A stretch of DNA of 64,000 nucleotides from Candidatus Pacearchaeota archaeon (GCA_041651235.1 JBAZJQ010000001.1:31673-95672), one strand, 5' to 3'; numbered from the stretch's first letter, positions 45,227 to 56,004 are shown. The notes: generated by a model not told the origin, from the letters alone. Program-made: numbers and translations.

Positions 45227-46411
45227 TCATATTAATTCTATTTGAAAGATTTTATTTATTGTAGATAATAATCTTGATTCAAAAATAGCTGTCTTTTCTC
45301 CTTCTTGTTTTTCAATTCCTAATGCTTCCATTAATTGGGTTATTTTTTCATTAAAATTACTGGGATTTTCTTTCTCATATTTTTCTATTAAAACTTCTTC
45401 TACTTTTTCCATTTCAGAAGCATCTAATTTAACTTGCATTTCCTTTTGTTCAGTTTCAAGTTTAGAGGTATTTTTTAAAAAGCAATAGATACTCTTTTCT
45501 TCTAAAAATTTCTGTATTTCGGCGAATTTGATGTCAGAATTTTTTCCCTGAGTTATTGTTCCCCTTAACTTAAGAAGAACTATTTTATCATTTAAATCCC
45601 TTTTATTTAGCTCTAAAATTATCTTTTTAGTTGCAGTCAGTGCATTATCAATTTCGATATCAAAAACTTCTATTTCTTTTAATTTAATTTCTTTTTTTAT
45701 TATTTTTGTGTAACCTTCAACTTCAATAAGATAAAAACTCCCATACCTTAGTTCTTCTAATTCTTTGAAATTATTTGGAAATGTTGGACCTGAATAAATA
45801 ACTGGCTTTCCATTAATCTCCTGCTCAAAATCAATATGAATGTGCCCTAGTGCATAATAATCTGCTTTAGGCAAATCAGATAAACAAACAGATTCTATTG
45901 GTAAACTGCCTTTTACTTCATCTATTGTTGTATGAAGCATCAATATCCTAAAATTATTTTCATAAGGTTCATTTATCTGGATTCTTCTTAGATCAGGGAC
46001 TTCTAATCCTGATTTTTTTCCAGGATAACCATAAAGATAATTAGATTTGTGGATGCATGGTTTCAAGATTATTTTTTCTGCTTGTTCTTCATATTTACAT
46101 ATATCGCAAAAGTCTGCTTTTTCTAAAACATCTAAAAAAGTTTTTCCTGAAACAGAATAATCATGGCTTCCAGCAATTAAATAGCATTTTATTCCTGCTT
46201 CTTTTATTTTTCTAAACTCTCCAAATGTTTCTTTTAAGATTTCAATTGGAGGAAATGCTGAATCAAATAAATCTCCTGTAAAAAGAATAAATTCCACTTT
46301 TTCTTTAATACATGTGTCAATCGCTGCTTTAAAAGAATCTAAATTAAGCTGCTGTAATTCTGGCTGCCGCCAGGCTCCTAAATGACAATCAGATAAATGT
46401 GCAAATTTCAT
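45227..46411 (-). CDS. mre11: Mre11 nuclease
   Basis: Phosphoesterase motifs DCHLG, GDLFD, GSHD, GHIH. 394 aa. Confidence 0.85.
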   Translation of the reverse strand: MKFAHLSDCHLGAWRQPELQQLNLDSFKAAIDTCIKEKVEFILFTGDLFDSAFPPIEILKETFGEFRKIKEAGIKCYLIAGSHDYSVSGKTFLDVLEKADFCDICKYEEQAEKIILKPCIHKSNYLYGYPGKKSGLEVPDLRRIQINEPYENNFRILMLHTTIDEVKGSLPIESVCLSDLPKADYYALGHIHIDFEQEINGKPVIYSGPTFPNNFKELEELRYGSFYLIEVEGYTKIIKKEIKLKEIEVFDIEIDNALTATKKIILELNKRDLNDKIVLLKLRGTITQGKNSDIKFAEIQKFLEEKSIYCFLKNTSKLETEQKEMQVKLDASEMEKVEEVLIEKYEKENPSNFNEKITQLMEALGIEKQEGEKTAIFESRLLSTINKIFQIELI

Positions 46412-46533
46412 TATACCTCTTATTTAAGGCAATTTTGAAGATTATATAAGGATAATTGTGATAAAAATTAGTATTTTAAAGGGGTTAGAAAGCTTTTTAA
46501 AATAAAAAATAATATAAAAAATGGGGGTAAAAG

Positions 46534-46608
46534 ATGGCAAACGATTTTGAAGACTTCGAAGATTTTGATGAAGAAGATGAAGAAGTCGAAGAAGATGAAG
46601 AAGAATAA
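46534..46608 (+). CDS. possible 24-aa hyper-acidic micro-ORF (MANDFEDFEDFDEEDEEVEEDEEE)
   Basis: GGGGG RBS-like at 46523-46527, 6 nt before the ATG. Lies in the mre11/MTase intergenic space. Very speculative. Confidence 0.15.
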   Translation: MANDFEDFEDFDEEDEEVEEDEEE

Positions 46609-46611
46609 AAT

Positions 46612-47181
46612 TTAATTTGTTTTATTTTTTATTTTTAATATATATAGTTGTTCAAAAAATAATTTTTGATTAGATAATTCTTGGGCATGATAATTATATC
46701 TTTTTAGATATTGTTTTATTATTTCGGGTTTTGATAAACTAGATATAAGTAGTAGAATGATTCCTTTACTTGGTAAATAGGATTTTGCTTGCTCTAAAAA
46801 TCTGATTATAATTTCACAACCTTTTTTTCCTCCTGTTGTTGCTAATCTAGAATCTTTAGGTTCTCTTTTATCTAAAGGAAGATAGGGAGGATTAAATATA
46901 ATTAAATCAAATTTTTCATATTCATTTTTGGATTTTTTAATAGTTTTAAATAAATTAGAATGTATTGATTGAAAGCCTTGCTGTTTTAAATGATTTACTG
47001 CTTCTTTATTAATATCTGCTGTTAAAATATTCTTAAAACCTAAATCTCTGCAAGTTTGTGCTTGTATTCCTGAGCCACTTCCCATATCTAAAATACTAAT
47101 ATTTTTATTTTTTAGTTTAGATAAATAATCTATTAATACTTTTTGCAAAAGGTAAGAATCTTCTCTTGGTTCATATATCAT
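46612..47181 (-). CDS. HemK/Mtq2-like protein N5-glutamine methyltransferase
   Basis: SAM motif ILDMGSGSGI. NPPY motif LIIFNPPYLP. 189 aa. Confidence 0.75.
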   Translation of the reverse strand: MIYEPREDSYLLQKVLIDYLSKLKNKNISILDMGSGSGIQAQTCRDLGFKNILTADINKEAVNHLKQQGFQSIHSNLFKTIKKSKNEYEKFDLIIFNPPYLPLDKREPKDSRLATTGGKKGCEIIIRFLEQAKSYLPSKGIILLLISSLSKPEIIKQYLKRYNYHAQELSNQKLFFEQLYILKIKNKTN

Positions 47182-47182
47182 T

Positions 47183-48307
47183 TTATTGTTTTTGCTTTCT
47201 AAATTTCAAAAAAAGAAAACTAGCTATGATTATTAAAGCTATTGGAATTAATAACAAATAATAATTCTTAGAATTAGAAAGTATGCTTTGAGTATGCAAT
47301 TCTGAATTTAGAGCTACATCTGGAAGATTCTCATTGTTTTCAGAAACTTTTTTTTCAATGTTATCAAATATGTTTTCTTGTTTCTTTTCATTTGCTAAGT
47401 TCAATTGCCAGTTTAAAAATTCTTCATTCTGATTAAAAGAAACTATTTCTAAATCATTAAAAGCATATTTAGGAAAAGAATTTTTTAATTCATAAGATTC
47501 TAAGTATTTATTATTAAAATATTCCAGTTCTTTTTTATTTGGATTATTTATTTTATCTGATTTATCTTTATCAAAATATGCATAATTTTGATTATAATAA
47601 CAAATAGTTGACACATGACTGTCAAAAATAAGAGAATAGCAATTTAGTTTGGGATTATAAGCATAAAACATAGATAGAAGCAAGACACTGAAATCCTCAC
47701 AATCTCCTGATTTTAGAGACAGGGTTTGTAGGGGGGTTTGCCAGGAATTATCCTCTTCTTCTTTGTAATCAATATTGTTACTAAGATAATTTGCTATCTT
47801 AGATAAATCATTTTCAGGTTGATTAATCAAATTTAAATTATCTATATTGTCTTTGACTTTTTCAGGTTGAATAAACCCTAAAAATTCTCTATTTACAGGA
47901 TTATACGGAGTTATTTTTGTTTTAAATTCAAAAGAAGAATCTCCTAAAAAATGGTATTCTTGGATATTTGGTTTAATAAATTGGATATCAAAATATAAGT
48001 CTGGATTTTCATTAAAACATTCCCCTAATTTTCCAAAAATAGAAAGTTTATCGGATTCGTTAAAGTTTGTTATAAAATTAGAATAAGATAACTGGAACTC
48101 TTTATTTTCTGTTTTGCCAATTGGATTATCTCCAATAAAAATATATCCTCCTAAAGGACAATTAGTTGTTTCATCATAAAAAGATAACTTAACATTTTTT
48201 TCTGGTTCATTTACCAAAAATCCAGTAAACTTAAATGCTATAAGAGGGATTAATATTATTAAAATCATTATGCTGATAAATAATAATGTTCCTGCTCTTT
48301 TTTTCAT
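47183..48307 (-). CDS. membrane-anchored transglutaminase-like domain protein
   Basis: N- and C-terminal TM. KSGDCEDFSVLLLSMFYAY resembles the transglutaminase-like Cys motif. Confidence 0.5.
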   Translation of the reverse strand: MKKRAGTLLFISIMILIILIPLIAFKFTGFLVNEPEKNVKLSFYDETTNCPLGGYIFIGDNPIGKTENKEFQLSYSNFITNFNESDKLSIFGKLGECFNENPDLYFDIQFIKPNIQEYHFLGDSSFEFKTKITPYNPVNREFLGFIQPEKVKDNIDNLNLINQPENDLSKIANYLSNNIDYKEEEDNSWQTPLQTLSLKSGDCEDFSVLLLSMFYAYNPKLNCYSLIFDSHVSTICYYNQNYAYFDKDKSDKINNPNKKELEYFNNKYLESYELKNSFPKYAFNDLEIVSFNQNEEFLNWQLNLANEKKQENIFDNIEKKVSENNENLPDVALNSELHTQSILSNSKNYYLLLIPIALIIIASFLFLKFRKQKQ

Positions 48308-48337
48308 GATTTAATAAGAATTATAGAGTATAAAAAA

Positions 48338-49021
48338 TTAAGCAAACCAGGCTATTATCTTGTCTTTAAATAAAAATGTTGTAATTAATAAAACAATTAA
48401 AATTACAAGGATTATTAACAAAATTATCTCTTTAGAATGAGATTTTTTTGGGCCTATTTGTCTTAATTCTCCACTTAGTCCTGAGTTTGGATTTGGAAAT
48501 ACAAATTGGGGTGATGGAGGATTAATTTCTTCTGGCTCTTCTTCATTTTGAGAGATTTGCATTTGTTGAGGAGGCTGTATTTGTCTTTGTTGAATTTGAT
48601 TTGTATATTCTTTTTTAGTTGGCTGTGTCCCGGGAATATTAAAACTCAAACCTTGATTTGATTGCTGGTTTTGCATAGCAGATTGTGGATTATCTTGTTG
48701 AGATTTATAAGGAGCAGTATACTGGGAGGTTTGAGTTCTAGGAGTAGAATCTTGAATTATTGCTTGCTTAATTATCTGAGATTCTTGTTTTAACTTAGGG
48801 TTAAGAGGATTATTTTGAAAGTTTGATTGGTTGGAAGGCATAGAAAGATGCTCGTCTGGTTTTACTTGATAAGCAGGCATAATCCCCCCAACAAATCTAG
48901 AAGCTTCATTAACTTCCTGAGGATTATAACCGGAGTTAATCATTATTTGTATTGCCTCTTGCAAGCTATCTCCGTGTTCAATTGCATTTCTTAGAACTGT
49001 TACTATTTCTTCATTCACCAT
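48338..49021 (-). CDS. tail-anchored protein with Gln/Pro/Asn-rich low-complexity region
   Basis: Small N-terminal helical domain, long Q/P/N-rich linker, C-terminal TM IILLIILVILIVLLITTFLF. Confidence 0.45.
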   Translation of the reverse strand: MVNEEIVTVLRNAIEHGDSLQEAIQIMINSGYNPQEVNEASRFVGGIMPAYQVKPDEHLSMPSNQSNFQNNPLNPKLKQESQIIKQAIIQDSTPRTQTSQYTAPYKSQQDNPQSAMQNQQSNQGLSFNIPGTQPTKKEYTNQIQQRQIQPPQQMQISQNEEEPEEINPPSPQFVFPNPNSGLSGELRQIGPKKSHSKEIILLIILVILIVLLITTFLFKDKIIAWFA

Positions 49022-49061
49022 CTTTACATTATATAATACCTTCTTGATATTTTAAATTTTT

Positions 49062-50396
49062 TCAAAACGTCAGTTTTCCTTCATCATGTATTAAATGAAC
49101 ATTTTTATCTTTTTTATAACCCATTTCTTCTGCTAATTCAGCCATAGGTGCTATTTTTTTATGATCTCCATGGGCCGGGACTATATGTTCAGGATTTATC
49201 ATATTGATAAAATCTCTTAAATCCTCCCTTCCTGCATGTCCTGAAACATGAACATTGTTAAACATTCTTATTCCTCTTTTTTTAAGTCTAGCATCTAATT
49301 TCTCTCGATTATCTATTGTTTCCGGTGTAGGGATTATTGAAGATGAAAAAATCAAGTGGTCCTGGCTTTGAAATTTAAATGGCAACTTATTTCTTGAAAT
49401 CCTATCTAAAATACTTCCCGGCTCTCCTTGATGTCCAGTACAAACAACAACATATTTTTCCCTTTCTTTATCAATTCTTTTTAGTGTTTTCTCTAATTGA
49501 TTTTTGAATGTAGCTATCTGGATATCTCTCCTAAATGGACACATATCTACTCTAACAGCAGATGAAACATATTTATTTAAACTTCTTCCTAAAAATATAA
49601 CTTGTCTGTTTAGTTGTTTTCCAAAATCTACAATTGATTTCAGTCTTGCAATATGAGAAGAGAATGTTGTAACAAAAAGTCCTGCATTATCATTTGTTGT
49701 TGTAAGCATAACATCTTCTAATAAAGAACGTGCAACTTTTTCACTTGCTGTTTTTCTTTCATCTCCTGAATAAAGAGAATCTACAATTAATGCTTTTACT
49801 CCCTGTTTTCCAAGTTCTTTTAGTTTCTCATAATTTGGTTTTTGTCCTAAAATAGGAGAATTATCAAACTTGAAATCATTAGAATAAAGAACAATTCCCT
49901 CAGGTGTATGGAGTGCTATCATAGATGTTTGAAGCGTTGAATGAGTTATGTTAACAAAATCCACTTGATATTTCCTATTTTTACCTTGAACATAAGTAGA
50001 TGAATTTGGATGCACTGTTTTTAAATGATTTCTGATTTGTATTTTTTCGTCATTTAATAATGTTTTGAGAACTTCAATTGTATAAGGGGTTCCAATTATA
50101 TCTGCATTATATCTATGAGCTAGATAAGGTAGTCCTCCGATATGATCTAGATGAGCATGGCTTGGAAGAATAGCTCTTACTTTGTGTCTTAAATTTAATT
50201 TGTCTAAAATATCATCTGAAGGTATTGCTTTTATTTCTCTTAGTCTTTTTTCTGTATAAACTTTTTCTGATTCTTCTAAAGCTACAATTGGAGGAAGAAA
50301 CACTCCACAATCAAAGATAATTACATCATCTCCTAAATCCACTGCAGTCATATTTTTTCCTACTTCATCAAATCCGCCAATTCCATAAATATTCAT
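49062..50396 (-). CDS. rnj: archaeal RNase J-like beta-CASP ribonuclease
   Basis: MBL motif SHAHLDHIGGLPY. 444 aa, beta-CASP size. Confidence 0.75.
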   Translation of the reverse strand: MNIYGIGGFDEVGKNMTAVDLGDDVIIFDCGVFLPPIVALEESEKVYTEKRLREIKAIPSDDILDKLNLRHKVRAILPSHAHLDHIGGLPYLAHRYNADIIGTPYTIEVLKTLLNDEKIQIRNHLKTVHPNSSTYVQGKNRKYQVDFVNITHSTLQTSMIALHTPEGIVLYSNDFKFDNSPILGQKPNYEKLKELGKQGVKALIVDSLYSGDERKTASEKVARSLLEDVMLTTTNDNAGLFVTTFSSHIARLKSIVDFGKQLNRQVIFLGRSLNKYVSSAVRVDMCPFRRDIQIATFKNQLEKTLKRIDKEREKYVVVCTGHQGEPGSILDRISRNKLPFKFQSQDHLIFSSSIIPTPETIDNREKLDARLKKRGIRMFNNVHVSGHAGREDLRDFINMINPEHIVPAHGDHKKIAPMAELAEEMGYKKDKNVHLIHDEGKLTF

Positions 50397-50675
50397 TGTC
50401 TTCTTTACTCTTTTTTAATTATATCTTCTTTTTATTAAAATAATAACAGAAATCTGGTTTAAATAGGTTTGTTTGAATTATTGAATTTAGAAATTATCTT
50501 TGTTTGGAAGATTAGTTAGGCTTTTAATATAATCTTTACTAACTAATCTATATTTAAAAATATTAACTAATATATAAATATTGTGTAACTATTCTTTAAT
50601 TACTATATATTTCTAATTTATATTTGTTTTGGCTCAATTAACAATGTTTTTATAATCCAGAAATTATTTTTATTA

Positions 50676-51086
50676 ATGATTAAAAGAGGAATTAAGATCC
50701 ATCATAACTGGAAGTTGTTATTGATAATTATCTTATTGATAATACTAAGTATAACTTTATTTTACTTTGGTTATAAAAACGAAAAGGGATATTATTTATT
50801 AAATAATGATGGATGTGTAAAAATATATGTTTCTGATAAGGAATTAAATAATTATGATAAAGTTTATACAAATTTAGATGATTGTGAAAAAGAAATAAAT
50901 ACGTGTTCTGTGGATAGTGATTGTGTTCCGGATAGTTGTTGTCATGCCCAATCTTGTGTTTCATTAGATAAAAAGCCTGTTTGTGATAAAGTATTTTGCA
51001 GCCAGGTTTGTTCAGGACCTCTTGACTGCAATCAAGGTTCTTGTGAATGCATAAAAGGAAAATGCGGAGTTAAAACAAATGAATAA
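50676..51086 (+). CDS. small secreted Cys-rich protein
   Basis: TM/signal then 16 Cys in about 70 aa. Confidence 0.45.
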   Translation: MIKRGIKIHHNWKLLLIIILLIILSITLFYFGYKNEKGYYLLNNDGCVKIYVSDKELNNYDKVYTNLDDCEKEINTCSVDSDCVPDSCCHAQSCVSLDKKPVCDKVFCSQVCSGPLDCNQGSCECIKGKCGVKTNE

Positions 51087-53496
51087 AAAATGGATTTTAG
51101 GATTTATTTTTGTATTTATTTTAATTGGAATTTTTTTAGTTAATTCTGAAAATATAAAAGAAAATAAAATCCAAAAAGAGGTTTATGAAAATTTAGAAGA
51201 AGAAACTCCTGTAATAATTGATGTTAAGGAAAATGTAGACAATAGCAAGATAATAGATAAATTAGATAATGAAGCAAGAGAATCTGGAGATCTAATTTCT
51301 GTGGAAGTTTCTAAGCAAGAATTAAAAGAGTTATCTGAAAATTCAGATATTGAAAAAATTTCTTATGTTCCTAAAATTAAAGCATTTTTGCAGGATGCTA
51401 TTCCTTTAATGAATGTAAGCAATGTTTGGGGTACTCAAATAAATGGAGTTAATATAACTGGAATAGATGAAACTGTTTGTATTTTGGATACTGGAATAAA
51501 TTTTGCACATACTGATTTAACTGGAAAAAATAAAACTTGTATTATTGATTGTTATAACCAAGATTGTGTTGAGAATTGCTCTGTTGCAGATGATAATGGA
51601 CATGGAACTCATGTAGCGGGAATTGTTGCTGCAACAGGAGGAATTCAAGGAATAGGAAAAAATATTAGTTTAATTGGAGTAAAAGTTTTAGATTTGAATG
51701 GAGATGCTCATGAAACTCATGGGGTATTAGATATAAAAAATGCAATTGATTGGTGCATTGCAAATAGGGTAACTTATAATATTTCTGTAATAAGTATGAG
51801 TTTAGGAACAACTAATGTTTACACTACTGCTTGTGATTCTACATTTTCAGATACATTTACTAAGTCTATTAATAATGCAACTTATTATAATATTTCTGTA
51901 ATTGTTGCAACAGGTAATGCAGGAAGTTCTATAGGCATTGCATCACCTGCCTGTATTCAAAATTCAACTGCTGTTGGGGCAACAGACAAAAGTGATGTTG
52001 TTGCTAGTTATTCAAATAGAAATAGTTTAACTGATTTATTTGCAATAGGAAGTTCAATTAATTCTACTTTTGCAGGAGGAAGTTGTTTAATCGGATGTAG
52101 TTGTTCTGGAAATTATATGATTTGTTCTGGAACTTCGATGGCAACACCAATGGTTGCAGGTGCTGCTGCATTATTAAAACAATTTTATAGATTACAAGAA
52201 AATAGAGTTGCAAAACCTTCTGAAATTCAAAATCTCTTAAACTTAACTGGAAAACAAATTATTGATGCAGGTTCTGGATTAACTTTTTCAAGGATTGATG
52301 TTTATTCTGCTTTATGGAATATAACGAAAATTCCAAGCATAACTTCCAAAAGTCCTGCAAATAATTATTATATTAACCTCGCAAATCAAAATCAAACTTT
52401 TATTTGCAATACAAGTAGTATTAATTATAATTTAAAGAACATAACTTTTTATTTGTGGAATTCAACTGCATTGGTTAATAAATCCAATCTAAGTATAACG
52501 GGATTAACTAATTCTTCTATATTTTATTATAATTTTACAATTGAGGATTCATATAAATGGGATTGTGTTGCTTATAATATTCAGAATTTTTCAAATACCT
52601 ACTCTAATTATACTATATTTTATGATTTAACAAAACCAGTAATTAATTTGACTTCTCCTGCAAATGCAACAACTGAAACATCTTCAAATAGTATTACATT
52701 TAGTTATAATGTTTCTGATTTATCTGTTAGCAACTGCAGTTTAATAATAGATAATGTAATTGATCAGACAAATGATTCTATTGAAGTTAATTCAATTAAT
52801 TCTTTTACAAAAACAATGAGTAATGGAAATTATTTATGGAGTGTTAATTGCACTGATTCTGCTAATAATATAAATTCAAGTGAAACCAGGAATTTGACTG
52901 TTAGTTACACTGCTCCTGTTGTTAATGACAATGGGGGAGGCGGTGGTGGGGGAGGAGGAAGTCCTAAATACAAAACCTTTGTTGTAAGTGCTGAACAAGT
53001 TTCTGCTGGATATTCGAATACTTTATCTAAAGATGATAAAATAAAATTTGTGTTTTTTGATTCTTCTTCAGGGGAACATACATTGACTTTAAATGAAGTT
53101 GGAACTAATTATATTAACATAACTTTAAGAAGCAATCCAATTAATTTAAAATTAGGAATTGGACAAAGTGCAAAATTGAATTTAACTACTTCGGATTATT
53201 ATGATTTGTATGTTAAATTAAATTCTATTTCCAATTCAAAGGCAGATATTACCATTCAAACAATTAATGAAAAAATACCAAATACAATAACGGGGAATGT
53301 TGTTAATGAAGAAGATAATGCAGAAAAGGAAAAACCTACTTCTGAAAATGGAAAGAATTATGTTGCTATTATCAAAGATATCTTATTAGTAATACTTATA
53401 ATTGCTGTTGTTGTTATATTATCTATAAAAACAAATAAAAAACAAGAAGCCTTAAAAAAGTATAAAGAAAAGTTTAAAGAGATGAAGAAAAAATGA
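51079..53496 (+). CDS. subtilisin-like serine protease (S8) with C-terminal TM anchor
   Basis: Catalytic triad contexts ILDTGI, HGTHVAG and GTSMATP. Gly10 tract. C-terminal TM plus Lys-rich tail. Confidence 0.85.
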   Translation: MNKKWILGFIFVFILIGIFLVNSENIKENKIQKEVYENLEEETPVIIDVKENVDNSKIIDKLDNEARESGDLISVEVSKQELKELSENSDIEKISYVPKIKAFLQDAIPLMNVSNVWGTQINGVNITGIDETVCILDTGINFAHTDLTGKNKTCIIDCYNQDCVENCSVADDNGHGTHVAGIVAATGGIQGIGKNISLIGVKVLDLNGDAHETHGVLDIKNAIDWCIANRVTYNISVISMSLGTTNVYTTACDSTFSDTFTKSINNATYYNISVIVATGNAGSSIGIASPACIQNSTAVGATDKSDVVASYSNRNSLTDLFAIGSSINSTFAGGSCLIGCSCSGNYMICSGTSMATPMVAGAAALLKQFYRLQENRVAKPSEIQNLLNLTGKQIIDAGSGLTFSRIDVYSALWNITKIPSITSKSPANNYYINLANQNQTFICNTSSINYNLKNITFYLWNSTALVNKSNLSITGLTNSSIFYYNFTIEDSYKWDCVAYNIQNFSNTYSNYTIFYDLTKPVINLTSPANATTETSSNSITFSYNVSDLSVSNCSLIIDNVIDQTNDSIEVNSINSFTKTMSNGNYLWSVNCTDSANNINSSETRNLTVSYTAPVVNDNGGGGGGGGGSPKYKTFVVSAEQVSAGYSNTLSKDDKIKFVFFDSSSGEHTLTLNEVGTNYINITLRSNPINLKLGIGQSAKLNLTTSDYYDLYVKLNSISNSKADITIQTINEKIPNTITGNVVNEEDNAEKEKPTSENGKNYVAIIKDILLVILIIAVVVILSIKTNKKQEALKKYKEKFKEMKKK
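52933..52960 (+). repeat. GGN-rich tract encoding poly-Gly linker in the S8 protease
   Basis: gggggaggcggtggtgggggaggagga. Confidence 0.7.
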
Positions 53497-53768
53497 AACC
53501 ATTAAAACCATCACACAGAGAAAAGAAAAGATATCTTTTGATTAAAGGAAAAGATGCAGATAAGAAAAACATAGATGAATCTATATTAGAATATATTGGT
53601 ATTTTGGGTTTTGCAGAAGCAAGTCCTCAAGTTATCAAAACAAATAAAGGTTCAGTTGTCCTTGCTATTAATAGAAATTCTCTTGACAAAATTAGGGCTA
53701 GTTTTGTTATGGGTGGAAAGGATATTTCTGTTGTTAAGGTAAGCGGAAGTGTGGGGAATTTGATATAA
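53493..53768 (+). CDS. rnp2: RNase P protein component 2 (Pop5-like)
   Basis: REKKRYLLIKG...ILGFAEASPQVIKTNKGSVVLAINRNSLDKIRASF resembles Pop5. Its position upstream of psmA matches the conserved superoperon. Confidence 0.55.
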   Translation: MKPLKPSHREKKRYLLIKGKDADKKNIDESILEYIGILGFAEASPQVIKTNKGSVVLAINRNSLDKIRASFVMGGKDISVVKVSGSVGNLI

Positions 53769-54404
53769 TTATTTTTTAAAAAAATCAAATATCTTTGAGA
53801 CTAATCCCTTTTTAGGGAAATATTTAGTTACTAAAAAATTATTGGGATTTGCTTTATATTGTTCAAAGTCTTCAGTAGATTTAAACTCAAATAAGATCTC
53901 TGATTTTACATCTTCTAATTCTTCATGATTACCAAGACAAGAAACAAGTGAATCTATAAATGCACAATTTGGCTGAATTGCATAAAATGGTTTTTGTTTT
54001 TTTGATTGAGAGTCATAATATGCTTTTGCTACTCTTACATTATCTCGGGATTTATAATTACATTCATTTTGTATTTTAGAAGCATCAGGAATTATTGTTG
54101 TCTGAAAACCCATTAGATCAAAAATAGTTTTATTAGAATAATTACAAAATAAACAATTTTGACTAAAAGAACTTGGATCTGCTAATCCTCTTTGTTTAGA
54201 CATTTCAATAATCTCGTTATAATAATCTAATCCTCGATTAATTAATTCATTAGTAGTTATTGCGTAAACTTGATCATTATATTGAATCACTAATTTATTA
54301 GCAGATTTGTTTATTGGTCTTTTTTTGGGGATTGGACCAACTGAAGCTAAAACTTTCATTTCTTGAGGATTTGTTCTAGAATTAAATTCATTAGGATTAG
54401 TCAT
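53769..54404 (-). CDS. hypothetical protein inserted antisense between Pop5 and psmA
   Basis: 211-aa ORF with several Cys and no recognisable motif. Confidence 0.4.
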   Translation of the reverse strand: MTNPNEFNSRTNPQEMKVLASVGPIPKKRPINKSANKLVIQYNDQVYAITTNELINRGLDYYNEIIEMSKQRGLADPSSFSQNCLFCNYSNKTIFDLMGFQTTIIPDASKIQNECNYKSRDNVRVAKAYYDSQSKKQKPFYAIQPNCAFIDSLVSCLGNHEELEDVKSEILFEFKSTEDFEQYKANPNNFLVTKYFPKKGLVSKIFDFFKK

Positions 54405-54591
54405 TAATTTCTATTCTAAATTGAGTTTAAATAAATTATCATTTTATACTATGCAAATAGTCTAGATTCGATTATCGCAATCTTTTTAAACCCTTTAATC
54501 CTATGAAATTTATAGGAGAAAATACAGTCTGATTTCAAAGGAATAACTTCTTTGATTATTTTCCTGAAATTGAGACAAAATAGATTATAAT

Positions 54592-55311
54592 ATGGAAATA
54601 CCAGATATGCAACACCAAGTAATGGGTTATGATAGAAGTGCTACTATGTTTGCACCTGATGGACATATTCTTCAAGTAGAATATGCAGAAAAAACAGTTA
54701 GGCTTGGAAGTGCAAGTATTGGAATAAAAACTTCTGATGGAGTGATAATTATCGCAGATAAAGGTAAGAAAGATGACCTAATTATACCTGAATCAGCAGA
54801 TAAAATTCATGAAATTGATGAACATGTTATGACTAGTGCTGCTGGAATATTATCTGATGCAAGAGTTTTAATTAATCATGTAAGAGTTACTGCTCAACAA
54901 CATAGAGTTACTTACGATTCTCCAATAGATGCTGAATCAATTATAAGAGAAATTTCAGATATTCAACAACAATTTACACAACATCCTGGTGCAAGACCTT
55001 TTGGAGTAGCTGTGATGGTTGCTGGAAAAACAGGAAATGAATGTAGATTATATACCAGCGATATAACTGGAAATTATTTTGAATATAATGCTATTGCAAT
55101 TGGGGAAAACGATACTAAAATAAAAGAATTATTAAGAAAAAAATATAAGAAAGATTTGGAAATTGAATCGGGGATAAAATTGGGGTTAGAAATCTTCAAT
55201 GAAGTTCTTGGAGACAAATTTGATTTAAATAGATTTAATGTAGCTTATATAAAAAATGATGAATCAAAATTACACAGAGTGAAAGGAGAAGAATTAAACA
55301 AATATAAATAA
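54592..55311 (+). CDS. psmA: proteasome alpha subunit
   Basis: GYDRSATMFAPDGHILQVEYA is the N-terminal alpha-subunit signature. 239 aa. Confidence 0.9.
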   Translation: MEIPDMQHQVMGYDRSATMFAPDGHILQVEYAEKTVRLGSASIGIKTSDGVIIIADKGKKDDLIIPESADKIHEIDEHVMTSAAGILSDARVLINHVRVTAQQHRVTYDSPIDAESIIREISDIQQQFTQHPGARPFGVAVMVAGKTGNECRLYTSDITGNYFEYNAIAIGENDTKIKELLRKKYKKDLEIESGIKLGLEIFNEVLGDKFDLNRFNVAYIKNDESKLHRVKGEELNKYK

Positions 55312-55312
55312 G

Positions 55313-55726
55313 ATGAAAACATATGTTCAATTATACAATATAAAATCTAGTCAAGATAGCCCTGCAGTAAGTAATATTTCAAAAAATATTCATCAAGCAA
55401 TAAAAAATTGGGAACCAGTTAATGATTTTATTAGAAGATTTTCAGATGTAGATATTGTAGTTATAGCAAATGATAGACTTTCTCTTAATACTCACAAATG
55501 TTATTTTCAATTAAATAATGTAAGTGGGGAAATTGCGATTAATTTTGAAAAAAATGTTAGTCAGACAATTATCCCTTTATATGGAGAGTCTTTTGAAGAA
55601 GCAGTTTACAAACCTCATCATTCTTCTATTAAATTATTTGGATCTGAAAAAGCAAATGTTGAAAAAGTTAAAGAAACATTAGAAAATAAATTTGGAATAG
55701 ACCTTAATAGGTTTTTAGTTGGATAA
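55313..55726 (+). CDS. hypothetical protein within the exosome operon
   Basis: 137-aa ORF tightly packed between psmA and SBDS. Confidence 0.45.
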   Translation: MKTYVQLYNIKSSQDSPAVSNISKNIHQAIKNWEPVNDFIRRFSDVDIVVIANDRLSLNTHKCYFQLNNVSGEIAINFEKNVSQTIIPLYGESFEEAVYKPHHSSIKLFGSEKANVEKVKETLENKFGIDLNRFLVG

Positions 55727-56003
55727 AATGATCCTTCAAGAATTATACAAACCAAAATTAGGTAACTTAAACCTACCTGAAACGAGAGAGTTTATTATTA
55801 CTTATTTAAAATCTGAGGTAAATAAGAACATTTATCCTATGTTTCAAAATAATCATGGAGTATATTCCTTAGATAGTCCTGCTGGAACTTCAATAAGAAT
55901 TTTAGATGATGGAACCATTAGAATAATGAGCAGAAAACAAAGATATATTCATAGAGCTAAATCTAAATTATTAAAAATGATAAACGGGTTAGAATTAAAT
56001 TAA
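55719..56003 (+). CDS. hypothetical protein within the exosome operon
   Basis: 94-aa ORF overlapping its neighbours by a few nt. Confidence 0.4.
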   Translation: MDKMILQELYKPKLGNLNLPETREFIITYLKSEVNKNIYPMFQNNHGVYSLDSPAGTSIRILDDGTIRIMSRKQRYIHRAKSKLLKMINGLELN

Positions 56004-56004
56004 A

